A DNA stretch of 64,000 bases. It comes from Octopus sinensis. Lineage: Eukaryota. Within the stretch, counting starts at the first letter, position 1, and every line of letters begins with the position of its first letter. Shown in pieces: positions 1-12,365 of this stretch. A model generated the notes under the pieces. It was not told where the DNA came from. It ran no database searches and saw only the letters and a program-made list of their open reading frames with translations. The position numbers and the translations under genes are program-made. Location of the stretch: the NCBI RefSeq assembly GCF_006345805.1, contig NC_043006.1:23064001-23128000 (forward strand), in the 5' to 3' direction.

Positions 1-64
1 AACTTTCACATTAGTACACGAGTACGTTTTTTTGTTTTTACGGTAAAATCGTTCAAAGTTATCT

Positions 65-65
<1 letters not shown>

Positions 66-152
<87 letters not shown>
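66..152. repeat. (TA)n(CA)n(TA)n microsatellite
   Basis: Direct reading. Dozens of similar TA/CA tracts elsewhere are not listed individually. Confidence 0.95.
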
Positions 153-155
<3 letters not shown>

Positions 156-717
156 CTCTACAGGAAGTTTAATATTTTTCTTCATTTTTCTAATACCTAT
201 TTATTTATTCATTTTATATTGTTTTGCCGGAAGACAAGGCCTTTCGGGGGCTGTGCCCCCAACACACTTTGTAACCGTCTCATTTGCAGTTTCAGTATCA
301 ACAGCTAAATTTAATTAACTATTTGCCTGCTTGCATCAGGACCTTCTGACACATTAAATTAAGATGGTCGCTTTTCACTCACCGCTATTTTAAAAAAATA
401 TCGTCCACAACTGACTTTTCTTTTTGTGATTTGTTTGTTTTGTAGGTTTTTTTAACCTCACCTCCCTTTCGGTTTCATTTTAATAGTTTTGTTTGTTGTT
501 GACTTTGTTGTAATTGTTGTTTTTTTTTGGGGGGGGGGGGTTCTATGTTTAATAACTCTTCTCCTTTCTTTTCCCTCTTTCCTTTCTTTTTCTTCCTATT
601 ATTCCTTCTTTTCCTTTTCTTTTGGCGTCGTGTTCTTGGCGACTCCGTTTCTTCCAGAAACGTCCTTAACGCTACAATAGTCTCGCTGCACTCCACCACA
701 CAAACATATGGTCAATT

Positions 718-719
718 GC

Positions 720-767
<48 letters not shown>

Positions 768-1130
768 GGTGGTGGTGGTGGCAGTTGTAGTGGTGGTTTT
801 GGTTGTATTAGTAGTGATGATGGTTACGGTGGTGATAGTAATATAGTAGTAGTAGTGGTGGTGGTGGTGGTAGTGATGTAGTTGTAGTAGTAGTAGTGGT
901 GGTGATGGTGGTGGTGGTGTGGTGGTGGTGGCAGTTGTAGTGGTGGTTTTGGTTGTATTAGTAGTGATGATGGTTACGGTGGTGATAGTAATATAGTAGT
1001 AGTAGTGGTGGTGGTGGTGGTAGTGATGTAGTTGTAGTAGTAGTAGTGGTGGTGATGGTGGTGGTGGTGGTGGTGGTTGTGGTAGTGGTTGTGGTAGTGA
1101 CATAGAAGTAGTAGTGGCGGTGGTGGTAGT

Positions 1131-1162
<32 letters not shown>

Positions 1163-1171
1163 GGTAGTGAT

Positions 1172-1222
<51 letters not shown>

Positions 1223-1245
1223 ATATAGTAGTAGTAGTAGTAGAT
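718..1245. repeat. (GTA)n/(GTG)n trinucleotide tract with a 150-bp internal tandem duplication
   Basis: gcagttgtagtggtggttttggttgtattag starts at 781 and again at 931. Confidence 0.9.
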
Positions 1246-1844
1246 CGAGAGGCAAAGTGGCAATAAAAGAGCGACGTCAATGAGGACTACTAAAAACGAT
1301 GATGAAACGACAGCAATGAAGGACAAAGATAACGACGACGACGATGACGGCGATGATGATGATGATGACACGACGACCATGACGACAATGGTGATTATGT
1401 ATGTCAAAATAAAGGGGGAGGGGGGAGGGAAAAACAAAAAAACAAAAGATAAAATACGATGAAAAATGACAAATATAACATAGGAGAATAAATAAATAAA
1501 TAAAGCAAGTGTTGTTGTTGGTGATGATGACGAGGGGAAGGGCAACCCATAATGAGGGTGATGACAGCAATGGCGGGCAAATGTTAGTGATGAAAGGCCA
1601 GTTAGAAATGGTATGGATGATGACAGGGTGGAGGGTAAGTGGTGAATATTGTAATTTTTTTTTTTTTTTGTAGTATGTGGTAGGTTATTCTGGAAATATT
1701 AGAGCGGGGCGGGGGGCGGGGGGATAAGTGGAAAAAGTGGAAAAAGTGAGAAAAGTGATTGAAAATGGTTAGGTCTTTCACATTAAGGACTTCGTAGTGA
1801 TTGTGGGGGTTTTGCGGTAACAAGTTTCCTTAAAGAGGAAATAC

Positions 1845-1855
1845 ATCTATCTGTC

Positions 1856-1934
<79 letters not shown>

Positions 1935-1942
1935 ATCAGTCA

Positions 1943-1989
<47 letters not shown>

Positions 1990-2026
1990 CGTCCGTCCGT
2001 CTGTCTGTCTGTCTGTCTATCTATAA

Positions 2027-2052
<26 letters not shown>
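1845..2052. repeat. Compound (ATCT)/(TA)/(CTGT)/(CCGT)/(GT) microsatellite
   Basis: Direct reading. Confidence 0.95.
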
Positions 2053-2059
<7 letters not shown>

Positions 2060-3360
2060 TTTTCTTATGTTTTATAATTTTATACTTCTTTTTTGTATAT
2101 AATTTTGTTAACCCTTTATCTGTCTGTCTAATTCTTTCTAAGCTTTCCCTTGATGACGTTTCATCACGAATTTAGTTAAATGAACAATGCGCAGACGAAA
2201 GCATCGCTGTTGGGAGTTTATTTTCAAATACATCGCTCGTACATTGTTAAATGCACTAAAAGGTGGTTGGTGGTGTTAAGAATGTGAAGGAATGCACAAC
2301 CATTGAAAATGTAAAGTTGTGACTATCACGCTGTTGCAGATATATACGACACTACAGACCCATTTCACCTGTATAAGATCATCTCCAGCATAGTAGATAA
2401 GGCACTATTGACACAAATAAAAACTTGCTCTCATGATAATCTATTTTCTAAATCAGTAGCCCAATTTTTACCTATGGGCCCCTTTGATTCCTGTTTTACT
2501 CGGGTGGACCCTCATAGGCATTCGATGTCTAAAACATCCAATTACATTTGTATAATTAAAAGAAATTGTATTTAAAAATTGTTAGAATATTTTGTGTATA
2601 ACCAATTTATTGCACATAAATTTTGACAACGGTATCTTATGTGGACTCCCAAGCGTCGTATGGACCCCGGTTGAGAACCAATGATTTATACCAATATATG
2701 ATATACTGAGAGGGCCGGATACAGTCAGCTTGAATGATAAGCCTGATAACGGGGGTCGGAAATCGTCCATATGAATACATACAGTATTTGAGAAGACCAA
2801 TGCTTCATAAAAAGATTGCACTGTCTCAGCTGTAAAACCTTTCAATAACACTAGAATCCGTTCGAATGAACACCTACGTAAATTTTAAAACGAAAGAAAA
2901 AAAAACTCTCGATCGATTCGACGAGTATTGGCAAAGTACAGGGCAAATAGTTCCCATCGCTTGGTATTCGGATTCATAAACTTCTTCATTGGTTGAGATA
3001 GCAAAAGATCCCCTAAGGTGCACTGATTTGACTAATAGGAACCGGTGTTAATCATGACTTTAATTGGTCTCCAACGCTGAACGTACACTAGCGATATATA
3101 TTTTACCGAATATTTTAAAATGTGAAGATAATAGAGTATATTATTTACAAAATTGAGCCAGGTGTGTGACTGAACATTACCATAGGCTGTATGCTACACA
3201 TCTCTGAGCTACACCAATCTTAACAGTCAAACAAAGATAACAAGAAAACAAAGGACACAAACAATAATAGATCTTTTCATTCTTAATACATTCTACCAGA
3301 TTCGAACGTGGATATCCAATCGGTGTTCGTTTGTCATCGGAACACCTCTTCCCTTTAGAC

Positions 3361-3701
3361 CAGTGGTTCTCAACCATGATCCATATGGCCCCTAAGGGTG
3401 CATATAAAATTTTTGGAAGTCCACGAAACAAAATTGTAAATTGGGGATCCACAAGAGTATTTTAAGAGCCTCTGAAGAAATTTTGCTTTACATGTATGTA
3501 TTGGTATGTATTGCAAGAAACAGCGAGATTTCTTTCTCTGAGATTTTACTAAGTACAATCTACACAAGTTAATGTGTGAATAACGAAATTTGAAATAAGT
3601 TTCTATAAAACTAGTTTTTAAACATTGAATGGCTATGGGGGTCCCCCAGAATAGAATAGTAGTTAAAGGGGTCCATAGACAAAAAATAGTTGAGGACCCT
3701 G
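3361..3701. mobile_element. hAT/Charlie-type MITE
   Basis: Termini CAGTGGTTCTCAAC ... GTTGAGGACCCTG with an exact 8-bp TSD CTTTAGAC (3353-3360, 3702-3709). Confidence 0.9.
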
Positions 3702-3783
3702 CTTTAGACGATGCATATTCATATCGCATGCAATTCACCAATTCAACGGTATAAGGGAACTTATAAAGGAAGGTATAAGGGAA

Positions 3784-4013
3784 GGCCGCGAGCTGGCAGA
3801 AACGTTAGCACGCCGGGCGAAATGCTTTGTGGTATTTCGTCCGCCGCTGCGTTCTGAGTTCAAATTCCGCCGCGGTCGACTTTGCCTTTCATCCTTTCGG
3901 GGTCGATAAATTAAGTACCAGTTACGCACTGGGGTCGATGTAATCGACTTAATCCGTTTGTCTGTCCTTGTTTGTCCTCTCTGTGTTTAGTCCCTTGTGG
4001 GTAGTAAAGAAAT
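3784..4013 (+). mobile_element. tRNA-derived SINE family A, full length
   Basis: Head (g)gcgagctggcagaaacgttagc and B-box-like gagttcaaattcc. TSD aggtataagggaa (3771-3783, 4014-4026). Many copies occur in the window. Confidence 0.85.
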
Positions 4014-4026
4014 AGGTATAAGGGAA

Positions 4027-4270
4027 CTTTGGGAAACGCAGTGTTTCGACCTCGTTTTACTCCTCAGTCAAAGCTACTCCTCCGGATGATGAATCTTGAC
4101 GAGAGCACTATATCTTGTTTATTGGAGTTAGCAAACAAGGTCAGAACACCACGGTGTCTCTGAGTCCTCTTACACCTGGGAACCAGTGAAATGCGAGCGT
4201 TACAAACACATATCGTCTCAAAGGAAGAAGCATTCTCCGATGACGAAGACAAGACAGCGATTAGATAGTT
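4027..4270 (-). mobile_element. Penelope-type terminal-repeat fragment with hammerhead-like core
   Basis: The minus strand reads CTGAGGA-G...C-GAAAC. No ORF. Confidence 0.35.
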
Positions 4271-4767
4271 AGTTTCAAATTTGACAGAATGTATTAAGAA
4301 TGAATAGATACATTTTGGCTTGGATTCTCACTGTTCTGCATGCACCCCATGACAAAACACAAAGGCAAGAAATCACAGCAGAAAACATTTTTGATTCTGT
4401 CATTGAAGAATAAAACACTTTTGAAACACCGATAGTTCCAAGTCATAACAACAAACAACTAAACACTACATTAAGAAATCACAATAAATAAGATAAAAGA
4501 TAAAAGAAAATAAATAGACACAATATGATGTGACTGGAAGCTTCTGAGCAAATATTTGCCTAGTTTCAAACTAGGGTATATAAATAAACAATTGTTGTTT
4601 CGTAATATGTATATGTGCGTGTATATGTGATTGTGTGTGTATGTATATATGTGTGTGTGTCATATATATATATATATATTATATATATATATATATATAC
4701 ACGCACGTATATAATACTACTATCCATTCATCCACCCTACGTACAGTGATACATACACACATACATA

Positions 4768-4805
<38 letters not shown>

Positions 4806-4951
4806 TATATATACATACATGCATACATACACATATATATACATATATACATATATATAATATAAATATACTTTATCACACACACATGTATATACATTCA
4901 TACATACACACACTACACATGCATATTTGTGTGTGTGCGTGCGTGCGTGTG

Positions 4952-5016
<65 letters not shown>

Positions 5017-5852
5017 TGAAAAGACGTAGAAATCTGTTGGTAGCCACAAAATATATTTATTTATATATTGCCCTATTTACACTAAGTCTATATTCCTCTA
5101 GGTAAATTAACTCTGAGAGTTACTCCCCACCTTAACCCATAAACGTTAAGCCCTATATACACCACTACAAATTCAACACACCACCCTTTGCACTTGTCCC
5201 CCATCCACCCATACCTCTTTCTTTCCACACTTCCAGTCTCCCGCTGCATACACACACCACTTTTAGTGTGGTTGTTATATATTCTTAGGCTGTTCACAAG
5301 TCAAGAAGGTTGTGTGTAGATAATGACCACACTAAAGTGTTTCCAAATATTTCATTAATCTGCATTGTTATATTTACAAATGTACATCTAATAAATGATA
5401 CAAGGTTCCAAGAACAAAACAGTTAGGAAACTTCTGCGTATAACTTGCTAGATATTATGATGAGGACAGCGCAAGGATATTAAATCATTGCTTATAATTA
5501 ATGTGCTTCTGGACACAAGTAAAGGTTTAGTTCCTTTTGTCGATTACTTAAAAGTGAAAGCCGAGGAGCGAGAACAGCACGTTGAGGTATAAAACATTGA
5601 TTATTGTTGATAGCTTAGCGAGATCTCTAGTTAAGCTGAATTTGCTAGCTTTTTTATAGCAGTCAATCATCTTTCTAGAATCTTTGGCCAGACTGTTTGA
5701 CGGGAAAATGCACTTATTTCTCTTGAAGTTTTGCCGCTTCAGCCATAATAAGTCAACCAGTGCTGATTGGTCAGGCCATATTCACATAGATGTTAATTCC
5801 TTTTGTGGCGGCCCTTTTCCTTTTATGGAAATAAATGAGTTCATAGTTCTAT

Positions 5853-6089
5853 ATACTCTTTTACTCTTTTACTTGTTTCAGTCATTTGACTGCGACCATG
5901 CTGGAGCACCGCCTTTAATCGAGCAACTCGACCCCGGGACTTATTCTTTTGTAAGCCCAGTACTTATTCTATCGGTCTATTTTGCCGAACCGCTAAGTAA
6001 CGGGGACATAAACACACCAGCATTGGTTGTCAAGCAATGCTAGGGGGACAAACACAGACACACAAACACATACACATACATACATACAC

Positions 6090-6139
<50 letters not shown>

Positions 6140-6299
6140 GACAGGCTTCTTTCAGTTTCCGTCTACCAAATCCACTCACAAGGCATTGGTCGGCCCGGGG
6201 CTATAGCAGAAGACACTTGCCCAAGATGCCACGCAGTGGGACTGAACCCGGAACCATGTGGTTGGTTAGCAAGCTACTTACCACACAGCCACTCCTGCG
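5853..6299 (-). mobile_element. CORE-type tRNA SINE family B with internal (TA/CA)n
   Basis: Head ...gagtggctgtgtggtaag, CORE-like cttgggcaagtgtcttc, internal microsatellite and (AGAGTAAA)n tail. Matches copies at 42601, 46441, 47564 and 53637. Confidence 0.85.
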
Positions 6300-6684
6300 G
6301 GGTATTCTGAGAGCTATGGTTCAAATCTCAGTCGGTGTCTTACACACTGAACTCAAAATCTCCCGACTTACCAACCTTTTCAAATTAATTATAACCAATC
6401 AAATAATGCTTTATTTTCCAAAACAAACCTACTGCTAATAAAAAAAAAAAACACACATTTCTTTAATATTTTGTGACTGCAAAGAATCTCTGTGCTTTTT
6501 TCCCCTTCTGCCTGGTGTATTAAAATATGAAATTCCATGTCTTGTAGTTTTGATGTAGCTTCAATAAAATTTTAGACCGTTTCGTCCCTCAAAGAGTATG
6601 TTTTTGTTATGTTTACATAAACTCGCTCATTCATTATACATGAATAGACACACACACACACACATTTAAATACGTACTTATATA

Positions 6685-6870
6685 AATTTCTTTACTACTC
6701 ACAAGGGGCTAAACACAGAGGGGACAAACAAGGACAAACGGATTAAATCGATTATATCGACTCCAGTGCGTAACTGGTACTTAATTTATCGATCCCGAAA
6801 GGATGAAAGGCATAGTTGACCTCGGCGGAATTTGAACTCAGAACGTAACGGCAGACGAAATACAGCTACG
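6685..6870 (-). mobile_element. SINE family A, 5'-truncated
   Basis: Reverse complement of the 3784-4013 body and tail. Confidence 0.8.
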
Positions 6871-6928
<58 letters not shown>

Positions 6929-7404
6929 GTCTGTCTGTCTATCTATGTATTTATCTATCTGTCTGTCTATCTATCTATCTATGTCTGTCTGTCCGTCCGT
7001 CCGTCCGTCCGTCCGTCCGTCCGTCTGTCTGTTCGTCCGTCCGTCCGTCCCCATCCATCCATCCATCCATCCATCCATGCTTTAATTTCGGAAGATGACA
7101 AACACAACGCATTATTTCAGACTGATTTTCACAATAATTATTTTTTCCCTTTGGGACTATAAATATTTGTTTTAAATTGATTTGATTGCTACTTTCAGCA
7201 GGAAGGGCGACTCCGTTGAATTCCCTTTGCCCTTCGGAGAAACATTGGACGAAAAACGACCAAAGAAAAACAGGAAACTGGAAGAAACCACAGAAAAGGT
7301 AGATAGAAATAAAATAACGATTAACTGAGATGCAATTGTAGGTATAAAAAATATTGGCAGAAATAGGAGACTTGGTAGAAATACAAGAATTGGTAGAAAT
7401 AGAA

Positions 7405-8140
7405 GTATTGGTAGAAATAATATTGGTCTCGAGAAGGCACGTGGCATTTTGGTATTCTGCTCACGATCGAAAGGTGAGTTCAATTCCCGGCGACAAGTTG
7501 TGTCCTTGTGCAAGACACTTTATTTCACATTGCTCCAGTCCACTCAACTGGCAAAAATGAGTTGTACCTGTATTTCCAGGGACCAGCCTTGTCACATTCT
7601 GTATCCCGTTGAATCTCCCTGAGAACTACGTTAAGGGTACATGTGCCTGTGTAGTGCTCAGCCACTTGCACGTTAATTTCACGAGATGTGGAGGCGCAAT
7701 GGCCCAGTGGTTAGGGCAGCGGACTCGCGGTCATAGGATCGCGGTTTCGATTCCCAGACCGGGCGTTGTGAGTGTTTATTGAGCGAAAACACCTAAAAGC
7801 TCCACGAGGCTCCGACAGGGGATGGTGGTGATCCCTGCTGTACTCTTTCACCACAACTTTTCTCTCACTCTTACTTCGTGTTTCTGTTGTACCTGTATTT
7901 CAAGGGGCCGGCCTTGTCACTCTCTGTGTCACGCTGAATATCCCCGAGAACTACGTTAAGGGTGCACGTGTCTGTGGAGTGCTCAGCCACTTACACGTTA
8001 ATTTCACGAGCAGGCTGTTCCGTTGATTCGGATCAACCGGAACCCTCATTGTCGTAACCAACGGAGTGCTTCCATCCAATTTCACGAGAAAGTTGACCGG
8101 ATCAGCTGGAATCCTCAAAGTCGTAACCTATGGAGTATCA
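7405..8140 (+). mobile_element. SINE family D interrupted by a full-length family C SINE (7690-8077)
   Basis: TSD aatttcacgaga at 7675-7686 and 8078-8089. The D tail resumes after it. Confidence 0.8.
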
Positions 8141-8345
8141 GATTGGTTTCAAATTTTGGCACAAGGTCAGCAATTTTGTGGAAGTGGTGGGTCATTCAAT
8201 TACACTGACCCCAGTGTTCAACTGGTGCATATTTTATCGATCCCGAAAGGTTGAAAGGTAAAGTCGACCTCAAAGCGGCATTTGAAGTCAGACTGTAAAG
8301 ACGGACGAAATGGTACTTACGATTCTTCCAGCTCGCTGCCTACTG
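8141..8345 (-). mobile_element. SINE family A variant (tail ccttgtgccaaaatttgaaacc)
   Basis: Shares the body gtcgacctc...gaatttgaactcag with family A. Confidence 0.75.
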
Positions 8346-8397
8346 ATAGAAATAATATTAGAAGAAATAACAGTGTTGGTAGAAATAGTAGTATTGG

Positions 8398-8778
8398 CAG
8401 AAAGCAAGCGCACACGAGGTGGGCAGAAAAAGCACTTCAAAGATACACTCAAAGCCTGACTAAAATGCTTTCTGACCAACCCCGACACTAGGGAAATTGC
8501 AAGCACAGCACCGCTCTGCTTGACGGAGCAGCACCAACAGAGGTGCTACTTCCTACGAATACAATAGGATCATAGGAGCACAAAGAAAGTGTGAGTTGCG
8601 CAAGTCCAGAGCCAACTCCTTGCCTACGTTCCCACCAGTACTCGACCACCAGTACTCGACCTTCCGAGCACGCATCAACCTGATCGACCACAGTCGGACG
8701 CATCGTGAACCATTTTCTTTTCTTTGGTGATATCTTTGTGATCGTCGACAACGACGGACGAACATTATTATTATTATT
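8398..8778 (+). mobile_element. RTE/BovB-like LINE 3' fragment (5'-truncated, decayed)
   Basis: Translates with a stop and frameshift to KRTRGGQKKHFKDTLKA*LK...QHRSA*RSSTNRGATSYE..RIIGAQRK.ELRKSRA...TFRARINLIDHSRTH, the typical RTE ORF2 C-terminus. Ends gtcgacaacgacggacgaac(ATT)n. Confidence 0.8.
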
Positions 8779-9050
8779 GGTAGAAATAGAAACATTAGTA
8801 AAGATATAGGTAAAAAAAAGACGTATTGGTAAAAACAGAAAAATTTGTAGAAAAGCAGTATTAGGAGAAATAAAAGTAATGGTAATAGAATTTGATGAAA
8901 TAGCAATATTGGAGCAAACAGAAGAATTGGTAGAAATAGTAGTATTAGTAGAAATAGAACCATGTGTTAAAGAAGCAGTACTGGTAGAAATGGCATAATT
9001 GGTAGAAATAGTAGTATTAGTGGGAAAAGAAGCATATGTTACAGTAGCAG

Positions 9051-9473
9051 GGATCTTTTCGGTTTGAACGGCAATTTTTTCTAGCGGTGTCATATGAAAT
9101 TGTCACCCATAATTATGACCCTAGAATCGATCTATTGCATTTCAATCTGTTTTAGGGTTAGGATTAAGGTTAGGGGGGGAGGGTATCTTTTTTTTTCTTC
9201 ACAAATGTAAATAAACCCAATTTGTTTCTTAAACGAGGGACATATTCATACGGCACAGAATGTTTTTTTTTACCTCAATAGACGTCATTGATTGGTTGAA
9301 ATTGCAGAAATTGAAGAAAAAAAACAACAAATATCTTACAAACTATAGAATTTTTTCAAAAAAGCCAAGAGAAAAAGATGTTTTATAAACACATTCTATC
9401 AGTATACGAAGTTTAAAATTTTTTAGTTACCTAGAAATTATGTTGAAAACTGCCGTTCAAACCGAAAAGATCC
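9051..9473. mobile_element. MITE family with 24-bp TIR GGATCTTTTCGGTTTGAACGGCA(G), copy 1
   Basis: TIRs at both ends and flanking direct repeat cagtagca(g). Internal TTAGGG-like run. Confidence 0.9.
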
Positions 9474-9579
9474 CAGTAGCAGTACTGGTAGAAATAGCAT
9501 AATTGGTTGAAAAAGAATTATTAGAAAAAATAGAAATGTTGGTAGAACTAGTCGAAATAGGTGTGGTAAAAATAAACCG

Positions 9580-9744
9580 TAGTACCGTTTTAAGGCATGG
9601 GCACACTGGGCAGTTACCCACGTGCCCCCACGGGTATGTGGCGCAGTTCGGATCTATGTATGATTTGCCTTGCTATAAGTAAATACTATAGGACTCAACT
9701 CACTGATTTGCCCAGGGGTCTGCGATGCTGCTAAGACGGACCCG
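9580..9744. mobile_element. Decayed hAT-type MITE
   Basis: Ends resemble (c)ag.accgt.ttaa ... ctaagacggaccc, with gcccag subterminal motifs. Confidence 0.45.
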
Positions 9745-10329
9745 AATAAAAGAATTGGTAGGAGTAGAAGTATTTTTACAGATAGCAGTACTACTGGTAG
9801 AAATAGAAGTACTAACAGAAACAAAAGCAGCAACATCAACAACGATAACTAGAAAACAAGATTTAGACCTCCTCATTGAGAATTGCAATACCACCACGAG
9901 CCCCACCTCCTTTATGCTTTACTGGTCGATCGGGGAATGTGCTGGCCAATGATCGGAACTAACAAGGTAGAAAAGACACAGAATGGAATGTGCTAAACAA
10001 ACATATCGTATCGTTAAGAAAACAATTTCCTTCTTTCTCCTGAAATCCTTCTAAAAAGCGCAAAGCTATCAACAAATGTTGCTTCTGGCTCAAATTAAAT
10101 AATGGCGAAGAGGAGGCGGTGTCGGCGGAGGCGAAGGAAGGTGGTGTCGGCGGAGGCGAAGGTGAAGCTATTTGGGCGGTGTGTAGGGGTGTAGGGGTGG
10201 GGGGAAGAGAAGGACGGATACCCCGAACACAAATACAGGTCTTTGATCTTGTCCTAAATAGAATTGAAAAAGGAAGGAAAATAAGTCCCTTCTTTCCACC
10301 GACCCGCAGTCGTTTCTTTTGATCTTTTG

Positions 10330-10695
10330 TCTTTCGCTTTTGCAAACCATTTTTTTTCCTCTCCTTCAAGCATCATCTCCCTCTTCGACAAAACAACCAC
10401 ATTCATTTCGCCCTTTTCTACATCCTTTCTTACTTTCTTCCTTCCTTTCTCCTTTTCCTTCCCTTCTTTCTTTCTTTCGTTCTTTCTTTCTTTTCTTTCT
10501 TTCCATCTGCTCTTCCCCCTTCTTTATTTCTTTCTTTTCTTCCTTTTCATTTGCTCTTCCCCCTTCTTTCTTTCTTTCTTTTTTTTCTTTCTTTCTTTCT
10601 TTCTCTCTTTCTTCCTTTCTTTCTTTCTTTCTTGCTTTCTTTCTCTCTCTTTCTCTTTCCCCCTCACTCTCTCTTTTTCTCTATCTCTCTCTCTT

Positions 10696-10729
<34 letters not shown>

Positions 10730-10800
10730 CCTTTCTCTCTCCCCCCTCTCTCTCCCTCTGTCTTTTCCTCTTCACTCGTTGCCTTCTTCTCCCCCCCATT
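10330..10800. repeat. Polypyrimidine (CTTT)n/(CT)n tract
   Basis: Direct reading. Confidence 0.95.
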
Positions 10801-11478
10801 CCTCTTTATTGTAATTGCATTTATTGTTGTTGCAGTCATTGTTGTTGTGCTTATTGTGAATGTTATGAGAGTCCGATGATAGTGTTAATTTAGAGGAATC
10901 GGCCGTTATTTTTATCTTCCGCACCAGGACTGCTGCCGCCGCTACCACCATCGACACCACCACTTCCAACACCACAATTATCATGATCATGATCATCATC
11001 ATCTGTATTAGTAGCAACAGTAGCAAGAGAATCAGTGTTTATTTATTTCTTCAATTCCCTTGACCTTAAGTTCTTCACAAGTTTCCGTGGTGAGGGCCAG
11101 GGTCTTCTATATCGGCTTCCTTCTTAACAGGCCGTCCCCTTTACTTAACGCTATATTGTGACAAACGTCACCGAACGGTCGACTTCAAACTGGCAAACGA
11201 ATTTTCTTTCTTTCTCTTTTTTTCTTACTTTTGTCCATATTTACTTAAACCAAATAGTCCAGACATAAAGATTAACTCAAGTATCATATTTATCCCCCAG
11301 GATTTCTCTCTCTATTGTTGTCCTGACCTGGATGAGAACCCTGCACAGACCACACAGTTCCCCATTCACTTTAACCCCCTTTTATTTAATCTTCCATCTT
11401 TCATCTCTGTACTTTTTTAAAGTTTTGTTTTCCTACTTTCTTCATTTAGTTTCAATTATTACCGTCCGCCTGAAAACA

Positions 11479-12365
11479 AGATGGTTTCAAATTTTGGCAC
11501 AAGGTCAGCAATTTCGGGGGAGGGTCTAATTCGATTACATCGGCTCCAGTACTCAACTAGTACTTAATTTATTGACCCCCGAAAGAATGAAAGACAAAGT
11601 CGACCTCGAAAGAATATGAAGTCAGAACGTAAAAACGGACGAAATACCACTAAGCATTCTACTTGGCGTGCTAACGATTCTTATTTCTTTATTGCCCACA
11701 AGGGGCAATAGAATGGACAAACAAGGACAGACAAAGGAATTAAGTCGATTACATCGACCCCAGTGCGTAACTGGTATTTAATTTATCAACCCCGAAAGGA
11801 TGAAAGGCAAAGTCGACCTCGGCGGAATTTGAACTCAGAATATAACAGCAGACGAAATACCTATTTCTTTACTACCCACAAGGAGCTAAACATAGAAGGG
11901 ACTAACAAGGAGAGACAAACGGATCAAGTCGATTACATCGACCTCAGTGCGTAACTGGTATTTAATTTATCAATCCCGAAATTCGACCTAGGCGGAATTT
12001 GAACTCAGAACGTAACGGCAGACGAAATACGGCTGCGCATTTCGCCCGGCGTGCTAACGTTTCTGCCAGCTTGCAGCCCTAGTAATAATAATCCTTTTCT
12101 ACTATAGAAACAAGGCCTGAAATTTTGGGGGAGGAGGCTAGTCGATTACATCGACCTCAGTGTGTAATTGTTACTTATTTCATCAACTCCGAAAGGATGA
12201 AAGGCAAAGTCGACCTCAGTGGAATTTGAACCCAAAACATAAAGACGGACGAAATGCTGCTAAGTGTTTTACCCAGCTCACCATCTTAACAATAATAATA
12301 ATGGTTTCAAATTTTGACAGAAGACCAGCAATTTCGGAGAAGGTATAAGTCGATTAAATCGACGT
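11479..12365 (-). mobile_element. Head-to-tail cluster of about five family A SINE copies and fragments
   Basis: The body gaaaggatgaaaggcaaagtcgacctc recurs at about 11580, 11795 and 12190, with a partial copy at about 11975. Confidence 0.85.

Larger units (their letters stand above)
7330..9850. repeat. Degenerate ~18-bp minisatellite (ttggtagaaatagtagta) interrupted by multiple elements
   Basis: The motif ggtagaaatag recurs at about 7370-7400, 8340-8400, 8775-9040, 9475-9560 and 9755-9830. Confidence 0.7.

Noticed and set aside
475-1570. Long ORFs of poly-T/Y/H/L/P
   Set aside because: They are translations of trinucleotide and low-complexity tracts. The same applies to ORF-track entries over the (TA)n, (TATG)n, (CTT)n, (ATT)n and (CT)n tracts throughout.
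2582-3120. Weak CR1/L2-like RT C-terminal similarity on the minus strand (TVQSFYEALVFS; KIYIASVRSALE)
   Set aside because: Too degenerate to call by eye; it needs a profile search.
3784-3880. tRNA genes at SINE heads (also 7690, 18328, 47564)
   Set aside because: A/B boxes are present but there is no complete cloverleaf, and each continues into a repeated SINE body with TSDs.
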